A stretch of 64,000 bases of DNA, taken from contig OZ116698.1 in the NCBI GenBank assembly GCA_964199315.1, forward strand, positions 6,634,001 through 6,698,000, in the 5' to 3' direction. This DNA is from Orbicella franksi. Lineage: Eukaryota. The notes under the pieces were generated by a model, which saw only the letters and a list, made by a program, of their open reading frames with translations, had not been told where the DNA came from and made no database searches. Positions 33,301 to 38,067 of this stretch are shown piece after piece (position 1 is the stretch's first letter; the number at the start of each line of letters is the position of its first letter). A program made the position numbers and the translations under genes.

Positions 33301-35775
33301 CTCGCGGAACTTGCCAAATAATTTCACCTTTGATGTTTGCAATTATCATTGGTCCATCACTAATATGTAAACCCGTAGTGTGCCTAGTTCTACTGTAATA
33401 TGTGCTTAAAATATAGTTTAAAAACAACAAAATATTCCATCGACTCAAACTGTTGGGTGAGTGTACGTCGGCCGTGATCTCTGATTCACAGTATATGTAG
33501 TGCTGGGAAAGCTACAAAGATCTGCCTACCTTTCTTTACACAGCTGTATCCACAGTCGCCATCGCAAAGACACTCCTCTCCAGACCCACTGCAGCCAGTC
33601 GAAGGATCACATTGCGCCACGCACATCCGACTAGGCTGACGATTCGTACGCTGGCACTCTGATTGGCCTAGATAAACAAACATAAGCAGTTCACAAAATC
33701 TTGATCATGCAGCGCGTTTCCTGATCGTTTGCTTCTGATAACGGATTGAAGAATAAGAGGGAATGATCTTTGATTACTGTAGTAACAGTCCTAATCTGCA
33801 ATTCAGTGAAGATAGACGGTTATAATGCAAACGCGAACGAAAATGTCCAGCGCTAGCCAAGCAAAACACTTTAAAGGTAGGCTAAATATTCCGTCAAGGC
33901 CCTTGTCCTAGCCTCTTCCAGGCGTTCAGTTACATGGGACGCAGCACGATAAATAGCGAGAGAAAAATTAGGGGAGAAGCACGGCGTTTTTCGCGCTGCA
34001 CACCAACTAACTGAACGCCTGGAAGAAGCTATCAAGCCTCGAGATGTCTGCCCTGGGTGCAAGAGGCTTTTCAGGCGCAGTTTCGAACTTAATTCGCTTC
34101 CGGCAAAACCAGTTATCCTGCTTTATGAGTTACCCAAGACTATCACACTCAGCTAACGCTATCTCCACACTTGTTCAAAGTTTATTTCACGTTCACTTTA
34201 CACGTGCTTCACGCTCATCCCACGCTTTCATATACAACGCTCACTTTACATCGTTTCTATCCGTCTTGTTTGACGCTCGCTTCTCGTTCTTTCTACGCTC
34301 GCTTCCTGTCATTCTATATCTGAAACACAGATTTACTCTCCTTGAAGCTCGCTTCGGGCCGCCTTGCTTTACGTTTGGTTTACTCGTTAAACATTTAACC
34401 TGTGTCGGGCTCGCTCCACGCTCGCTTCCCTCTTATACCAAGCTTAGTTTGTTGCACTCGCTTCACGCCCCGCGCTTCACGCTCGACCACAGGCTCTAGT
34501 TTCGCACTCCTTCTGCGCGCTGGCCTCGCGATGTCTCAACGCTGGCTTCAAGCTCAATTTACTCTTTTCTAAGGAGAATCTTTTGATATTTTTTGCTTGT
34601 CACTTAAAATAACATATTTCTTCTTTCGATCTTATCTCTCATTTAACACAAGGATTCTCTCTTATCGCGTTACAAATTAGACTTCCATCACAGAGGATCA
34701 CATCCGCGTCAGTTGCTGTTAGTCTACCTCGCTGGGACTAGCTGAGATATGAACGTATCAAAGTTTCGTCCATGAAGAAAACAGCACGGTAGTTCCGAAG
34801 ACAGATTGTGAGGGAAAAGAGGAAACAAAAACAAAACTAAAAAACGTGACGGTAACAAATAGATAGGTCCCGACTAATCTGTTGTTCGGGCTAATCCATT
34901 ATAACCCGCTTACTTCCAGTAAATCCCTGCAGAATCATCTCTACAGGAGCGATTCCTCGCTATAAACTCAAACACTTCCCTTTCGACAGAAAATTTCACC
35001 CTCCACGGAGAGAAAAACACCGCCTGCTGCGTGGGTGAAAAAGGGCCGCGCAAAGCATTTGTTTCTCTCGCATTTTCGATGTCCAAGCTTATCGTTCGGC
35101 GCTGGTTGTGTAAAAGTGAAAATTCCCGATGAAAATTTCGGTAATTCTGAGAAGTAAACGCCTATTTAAAATAGCCGCAACTAACACATAAGAAATATTT
35201 TATCAACAGCCCAACATATTTTTTTTTCTTTTTTTCTCTTCAGAAAACTTGATATTGTTTATAGAAGTGGTAATGACCTCGTCGCAAGAAATTCGCATGC
35301 ACCCTGAAGACTTCCTGTTGTGACGCGAATTCGGATTTTACGACGCAAGTATATCGGCTGATATACCTTGCTCTAGAAGCTATTCCAGATCATATCGCTA
35401 TCAAATATAAAGCTTCATCGATTGATTATATCAATCGATCTACCTAGCTTGAGTAACATCCATTAGTATTGCATGATGGTATAAACAAAAGTTTATCGCT
35501 CACGTCTTTAATCACAGAGCAATCGATAAGTATTGCCCAAAGTTGATACAGTTAGTGTATACACATTCTGTTTGAATGACATGTCTTTACAACTATCAAA
35601 GTAAATTACAACCGGGCGAGATGGATATTCGCGACCGTGACCACATACACACGTCTAAAATATGAACCCTGCATGTGTTTCAAAACGGATACTATTTTAA
35701 CGAACAAAACTCACCTTTTACTGTACGCGAAGAAAAGATCATCCACAGCAGCAATGAAGTAAGAATAATCCTCAT
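146..35775 (-). CDS. Gene A (whole, 3'-partial): giant secreted WAP-like + CCP/Sushi repeat protein, LEV-9/Hasp-like architecture
   Basis: 59 coding exons (signal, 2 WAP-like, 56 CCP). All have AG/GT boundaries and phase-1 introns and join into one open frame of 10102 nt. Every CCP keeps four Cys plus Trp. No stop exon was found in the window. Confidence 0.9.
979..1152 (-). CDS. Gene A CCP/Sushi exon 55
   Basis: 174 nt; [21 protein letters not shown]. Confidence 0.9.
1419..1592 (-). CDS. Gene A CCP/Sushi exon 54
   Basis: 174 nt; [21 protein letters not shown]. Confidence 0.9.
2098..2271 (-). CDS. Gene A CCP/Sushi exon 53
   Basis: 174 nt; [21 protein letters not shown]. Confidence 0.9.
2551..2724 (-). 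CDS. Gene A CCP/Sushi exon 52
   Basis: 174 nt; [30 protein letters not shown]. Confidence 0.9.
3272..3445 (-). CDS. Gene A CCP/Sushi exon 51
   Basis: 174 nt; [21 protein letters not shown]. Confidence 0.9.
3815..3988 (-). CDS. Gene A CCP/Sushi exon 50
   Basis: 174 nt; [21 protein letters not shown]. Confidence 0.9.
4233..4406 (-). CDS. Gene A CCP/Sushi exon 49
   Basis: 174 nt; [21 protein letters not shown]. Confidence 0.9.
4614..4787 (-). CDS. Gene A CCP/Sushi exon 48
   Basis: 174 nt; [21 protein letters not shown]. Confidence 0.9.
4967..5065. repeat. Short foldback (inverted-repeat) element
   Basis: Arms atgcaggcgggaagtttggagagcac / gtgctctccaagcttcccgcgtgcat. Confidence 0.7.
5285..5458 (-). 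CDS. Gene A CCP/Sushi exon 47
   Basis: 174 nt; [21 protein letters not shown]. Confidence 0.9.
5790..5963 (-). CDS. Gene A CCP/Sushi exon 46
   Basis: 174 nt; [30 protein letters not shown]. Confidence 0.9.
6516..6689 (-). CDS. Gene A CCP/Sushi exon 45
   Basis: 174 nt; [21 protein letters not shown]. Confidence 0.9.
7040..7213 (-). CDS. Gene A CCP/Sushi exon 44
   Basis: 174 nt; [21 protein letters not shown]. Confidence 0.9.
7424..7597 (-). CDS. Gene A CCP/Sushi exon 43
   Basis: 174 nt; [21 protein letters not shown]. Confidence 0.9.
7844..8017 (-). CDS. Gene A CCP/Sushi exon 42
   Basis: 174 nt; [21 protein letters not shown]. Confidence 0.9.
8403..8576 (-). CDS. Gene A CCP/Sushi exon 41
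   Basis: 174 nt; [21 protein letters not shown]. Confidence 0.9.
8903..9076 (-). CDS. Gene A CCP/Sushi exon 40
   Basis: 174 nt; [30 protein letters not shown] (not in ORF track). Confidence 0.9.
9623..9796 (-). CDS. Gene A CCP/Sushi exon 39
   Basis: 174 nt; [21 protein letters not shown]. Confidence 0.9.
10191..10364 (-). CDS. Gene A CCP/Sushi exon 38
   Basis: 174 nt; [21 protein letters not shown]. Confidence 0.9.
10583..10756 (-). CDS. Gene A CCP/Sushi exon 37
   Basis: 174 nt; [21 protein letters not shown]. Confidence 0.9.
11030..11203 (-). CDS. Gene A CCP/Sushi exon 36
   Basis: 174 nt; [21 protein letters not shown]. Confidence 0.9.
11373..11546 (-). CDS. Gene A CCP/Sushi exon 35
   Basis: 174 nt; [21 protein letters not shown]. 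Confidence 0.9.
12080..12253 (-). CDS. Gene A CCP/Sushi exon 34
   Basis: 174 nt; [21 protein letters not shown] (not in ORF track). Confidence 0.9.
12426..12653. mobile_element. MITE, PIF/Harbinger-like
   Basis: TIRs gggtgcttatcatttac / gtaaatggtaagtaccc; 3-bp CTG duplication at 12423-12425 and 12654-12656. Confidence 0.7.
12674..12847 (-). CDS. Gene A CCP/Sushi exon 33
   Basis: 174 nt; [21 protein letters not shown]. Confidence 0.9.
13462..13635 (-). CDS. Gene A CCP/Sushi exon 32
   Basis: 174 nt; [21 protein letters not shown]. Confidence 0.9.
13892..14065 (-). CDS. Gene A CCP/Sushi exon 31
   Basis: 174 nt; [21 protein letters not shown]. Confidence 0.9.
14231..14404 (-). CDS. Gene A CCP/Sushi exon 30
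   Basis: 174 nt; [21 protein letters not shown]. Confidence 0.9.
14493..14666 (-). CDS. Gene A CCP/Sushi exon 29
   Basis: 174 nt; [21 protein letters not shown]. Confidence 0.9.
14780..14953 (-). CDS. Gene A CCP/Sushi exon 28
   Basis: 174 nt; [21 protein letters not shown]. Confidence 0.9.
15317..15490 (-). CDS. Gene A CCP/Sushi exon 27
   Basis: 174 nt; [21 protein letters not shown]. Confidence 0.9.
15659..15832 (-). CDS. Gene A CCP/Sushi exon 26
   Basis: 174 nt; [21 protein letters not shown]. Confidence 0.9.
15942..16115 (-). CDS. Gene A CCP/Sushi exon 25
   Basis: 174 nt; [21 protein letters not shown]. Confidence 0.9.
16303..16476 (-). CDS. Gene A CCP/Sushi exon 24
   Basis: 174 nt; [21 protein letters not shown] (not in ORF track). 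Confidence 0.9.
17040..17222. repeat. Long foldback element (part of a larger repeat starting near 16890)
   Basis: aaattgacgtca..catgcgtctgtcctgttattg..atgaatttcgtcataac mirrored by gttatgacgaaattcat..caataacaggacagacgcatg..tgacgtcaattt. Confidence 0.75.
17248..17407. mobile_element. Foldback MITE with AATAGACC termini
   Basis: aatagaccaatttcgatatattaaa.. / ..tttaatatatcgagattggtctatt; same terminal motif as 62941-63116. Confidence 0.7.
17683..17856 (-). CDS. Gene A CCP/Sushi exon 23
   Basis: 174 nt; [21 protein letters not shown]. Confidence 0.88.
18116..18240 (+). repeat. Interspersed repeat, copy 1
   Basis: Aligns by eye with the reverse complement of 33199-33318 (ccgcgag..aaccaaa..tatcttgc..ctcgggatt..atcccgcaag). 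Confidence 0.65.
18597..18770 (-). CDS. Gene A CCP/Sushi exon 22
   Basis: 174 nt; [21 protein letters not shown]. Confidence 0.9.
19387..19560 (-). CDS. Gene A CCP/Sushi exon 21
   Basis: 174 nt; [21 protein letters not shown]. Confidence 0.9.
20036..20209 (-). CDS. Gene A CCP/Sushi exon 20
   Basis: 174 nt; [21 protein letters not shown] (not in ORF track). Confidence 0.9.
20455..20631 (-). CDS. Gene A CCP/Sushi exon 19
   Basis: 177 nt; [21 protein letters not shown] (not in ORF track). Confidence 0.88.
20735..20908 (-). CDS. Gene A CCP/Sushi exon 18
   Basis: 174 nt; [21 protein letters not shown]. Confidence 0.9.
21400..21573 (-). CDS. Gene A CCP/Sushi exon 17
   Basis: 174 nt; [21 protein letters not shown]. 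Confidence 0.9.
21843..22016 (-). CDS. Gene A CCP/Sushi exon 16
   Basis: 174 nt; [21 protein letters not shown]. Confidence 0.9.
22338..22511 (-). CDS. Gene A CCP/Sushi exon 15
   Basis: 174 nt; [21 protein letters not shown] (not in ORF track). Confidence 0.88.
22592..22769 (+). mobile_element. tRNA-derived SINE-like fragment
   Basis: tRNA-like head (ggcgcgttggcctcatgg..ggttcgcagccctggccgggg) followed by a CORE-like segment (gagcaagacattttac..ctctctccatcctgg); a degenerate related tail lies near 21310-21340. Confidence 0.5.
22814..22990 (-). CDS. Gene A CCP/Sushi exon 14
   Basis: 177 nt; [21 protein letters not shown]. Confidence 0.9.
23081..23254 (-). CDS. Gene A CCP/Sushi exon 13
   Basis: 174 nt; [21 protein letters not shown] (not in ORF track). 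Confidence 0.9.
23625..23861. mobile_element. Inverted dimer of tRNA-derived (SINE-like) heads
   Basis: About 100-bp inverted arms 23625-23724 and 23767-23861; B-box GGTTCGAATCC at 23808-23818 and a mirror B-box on the minus strand near 23669-23679. Confidence 0.7.
24027..24200 (-). CDS. Gene A CCP/Sushi exon 12
   Basis: 174 nt; [21 protein letters not shown] (not in ORF track). Confidence 0.9.
24275..24400. repeat. Foldback element
   Basis: gcatatcagg..tttggtc..gccatgg / ccatggc..gaccaaa..cctgatatgc. Confidence 0.55.
24773..24946 (-). CDS. Gene A CCP/Sushi exon 11
   Basis: 174 nt; [21 protein letters not shown]. Confidence 0.9.
25520..25693 (-). CDS. Gene A CCP/Sushi exon 10
   Basis: 174 nt; [21 protein letters not shown]. 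Confidence 0.9.
26169..26277 (+). repeat. (GACG)n/(GAAC)n microsatellite
   Basis: Direct tetranucleotide repeats. Confidence 0.85.
26418..26591 (-). CDS. Gene A CCP/Sushi exon 9
   Basis: 174 nt; [21 protein letters not shown]. Confidence 0.9.
27410..27583 (-). CDS. Gene A CCP/Sushi exon 8
   Basis: 174 nt; [21 protein letters not shown]. Confidence 0.9.
27922..28095 (-). CDS. Gene A CCP/Sushi exon 7
   Basis: 174 nt; [21 protein letters not shown] (not in ORF track). Confidence 0.88.
28655..28828 (-). CDS. Gene A CCP/Sushi exon 6
   Basis: 174 nt; [21 protein letters not shown] (not in ORF track). Confidence 0.88.
29531..29704 (-). CDS. Gene A CCP/Sushi exon 5
   Basis: 174 nt, phase 1-1; [21 protein letters not shown] (not in ORF track). 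Confidence 0.88.
30070..30246 (-). CDS. Gene A CCP/Sushi exon 4
   Basis: 177 nt, phase 1-1; [21 protein letters not shown]. Confidence 0.9.
30779..30949 (-). CDS. Gene A CCP/Sushi exon 3
   Basis: 171 nt, phase 1-1; [20 protein letters not shown]. Confidence 0.9.
31060..31299. mobile_element. TTAA-flanked MITE, degenerate copy
   Basis: ttaaaggagctcaatcacgg..; collinear with the reverse complement of 42065-42311. Confidence 0.65.
31643..31780 (-). CDS. Gene A WAP-like exon 2
   Basis: 138 nt, phase 1-1; [45 protein letters not shown] (8 Cys). Confidence 0.88.
32288..32479 (-). CDS. Gene A CCP/Sushi exon 2
   Basis: 192 nt, phase 1-1; [20 protein letters not shown]. Confidence 0.88.
32913..33083 (-). 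CDS. Gene A CCP/Sushi exon 1
   Basis: 171 nt, phase 1-1; [20 protein letters not shown]. Confidence 0.9.
33199..33318 (-). repeat. Interspersed repeat, copy 2 (inverted relative to 18116-18240)
   Basis: Same family as 18116-18240, opposite orientation. Confidence 0.65.
33530..33667 (-). CDS. Gene A WAP-like exon 1
   Basis: 138 nt, phase 1-1; [45 protein letters not shown] (8 Cys). Confidence 0.88.
33909..34031. mobile_element. Short MITE with TAGCC-type TIRs
   Basis: tagcctcttccaggcgttcagtta / taactgaacgcctggaagaagcta. Confidence 0.7.
35715..35775 (-). CDS. Gene A first coding exon: signal peptide
   Basis: ATG at 35775; [20 protein letters not shown](G); phase-1 donor G|GTGAG; joins WAP1 in frame (VKG-QSEC); upstream acceptor at 35788-35789 implies a 5' UTR exon. 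Confidence 0.8.
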
Positions 35776-36153
35776 TTTGTCATCCGCCTGTACCGAAATG
35801 CTTGCTATTCGGATGACATAAGTATTAGCTGCTTGTTGACTACGGACGAAAACGTGAAATCCAACCGGGGCTGAAGATTCAAACCTCTCATCGACGTCAA
35901 TTGCTAGCTATCATGTTTCATTACGTGCGATATACTTTTGCAAGCGTCATTTTGAATTCGTCACGCAGTCTCTCAGCTGCAGGTTTAGTTAAAAGGATGG
36001 GCAACACCATCAGCTCCTACATCAGATGAATCCACTGGATGACGTGCATTTTCGCCGTCAATTGTGATTCCCTGGATAGTGATTTACGTTGGTCAATAAC
36101 ATGATTTGTTCCTTTGATGGCCTGTAAGGAGTATTAGAAAGGTGCGCCACGGA

Positions 36154-36569
36154 CCCGGGCGGGGGGGGGGGGGGGGTGCGGTGGGGGGAAAGGTGTACTG
36201 CTAAAAAAAATTGAGTGGGGGTGTACGGCCGCTTCCTAAAGTCCTTACCCTATTTATCACCAGAATCTGCGATTTATGACCGGACCAAAAATTCGATACC
36301 CTATTTATGGCCATTGAGGCAGGCACAGTTGCTCTAAACATAATTTATGCAGGGCTTTTGTTGACGGTCTTATCGATAATTATGAAAAATTAGCTTGTGC
36401 TAAAAATACATACCTAATTTAAGACCAGAGTGCAAAAACCATACCCTATTTCTGACCAAAATGACCAAAATCGATACCCTATTTATGACCAAAACAGCAG
36501 CAAAACCATACCCTTTGGGGCCGCACATACCTATGTAGCCTATATAATGGAATACCCCATCCCCCCGGG
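36154..36569. mobile_element. Non-autonomous DNA element with CCCGGG/G-rich termini and 8-bp TSD
   Basis: cccgggcggggg.. / ..ccccccggg; flanks gccacgga (36146-36153) and gcaacgga (36570-36577), 7/8 match; internal ataccctattt repeats. Confidence 0.65.
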
Positions 36570-37885
36570 GCAACGGAACGGTATTATATGTTGCGTTGCA
36601 AACCACCTGATGGTATTGACGGTATTCACAGGGAGAGCTTCTTATAGCTAAAGTGGGCGACAGCTTTTATTCGTCTGATCCGTTATAAAGTCGATTATTA
36701 TATCTCTCAGTTACTACGTAAGGGGAAGGTATGTATTGGAAAAGTGTCAATGGCTGGGTGAGGAGAGGGAGGTTTACTTCAAGAAATGCAAGATGTTATA
36801 TGGGTTTAAGAAGATTAGGTCCCACTAACTCTGTCCGCTTACAGATTGCTCTGCACAACGGATTTAGGAAGAAAATAGCAGTAACTCTGTCAGGAAATTT
36901 ATTACCACAAATAGGTTAACACCCAGAAATGAAAACATGGTAACTCGCGTTTTCGACTACATGGCTTTCACTGAGCCACGGTGGCGTTCACATCTTTCTC
37001 TAAACAAGTAAACACGATGTGGTAACTTGCATGGCTTTCACAGATCTTTCGGGGAACGTGATTCATCGCCTTTTCTGATATAATAAGTTATAGCAGCTTA
37101 TAAACAATACCTCTGAAATTTTTATAACAATATTTAGGTGATTCTATCGTGTTATGGTGGCCACTCAGTAACCGCCATTAAAAATCCGCAAACTGCTATG
37201 TTCTTAATAGCCTAGGTTCTTTGTTTCCACCCCATCCCCTTACAGCCTCCAAAAGTATTCGGTTAAGCCTCAAAACTGGTTTAATTAAATGATACTCAAA
37301 AACGGGTCAATCATGACGTCACGCAATTCAGAATGTGGGCCATATTGGAAATTTTTTTTCAAAAAAGCAAGAACATCCCCGAACTTGATTCAAAGCTCAG
37401 AAACAGTAACAGGAGCTTAAGAAACGTCGTCATCTGATCAAGCATATGAGCATATGACACGCCAGAATGTCCCCTGTTATACGTTTGGAAAAGTCATAAA
37501 GTTCACCCACTACAGACAGGTTAAGAGTTGTATAAGTTACAAAAGTTTGAAGTGCAAGATCTTTTATAACTCAAGCCTTAAGCCTTAAAACTTAGTTTCG
37601 ATCTCGCTAAAAACATAATCATCCACAATGCTAAGAAATCTATTCAGCTAAGTAACTTCAAGTTTAGTTTACTCGCTGTCAACACAATGCTATAGCATTC
37701 ATATGACATATCGAAATTTGAAGGGGAATGCCGTGGAGAATTCGGCATAACGAGATTTTGTGATACAGTCTTAAATAATAAAACGGATTTTTGGGAACAG
37801 AACGATGAGGTATTCCCAGTTCCTTTTTGATCCTCAGGCACCAAATCGTTAATTGAAGGCTGGATTTGCTAACTGTCCGAGGAGT

Positions 37886-38067
37886 TCATGACCCATAGTC
37901 CTCGTCATCATTGTCGCTCCAAATTGTGTTTTTGCTGTATGTATACCATCCATCCTCACTAGATCCTGAAGAATCGCCAGGTCTGCTTCCGTCGCCATGT
38001 TCTCTTCCATCGTCTGAGTACGTTTCCCAGCCATGCCCTGAGCCGGAATAACCACCATAGTCTCCAC
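37886..38067 (-). CDS. Gene B terminal exon, acidic low-complexity tail
   Basis: Acceptor ctttacag; GDYGGYSGSGHGWETYSDDGREHGDGSRPGDSSGSSEDGWYTYSKNTIWSDNDDEDYGS-TGA; the ORF track shows only the two other frames. Confidence 0.72.

Noticed and set aside
34044-34499. 151-aa plus-strand ORF
   Set aside because: Low-complexity cgcttcacgctc-rich repeat sequence inside a gene A intron; no recognisable motif.
35775-38067. Genes A and B as one continuous gene
   Set aside because: Gene B ends in an in-frame TGA at 37886-37888 and gene A has its own ATG and signal-peptide exon at 35775.
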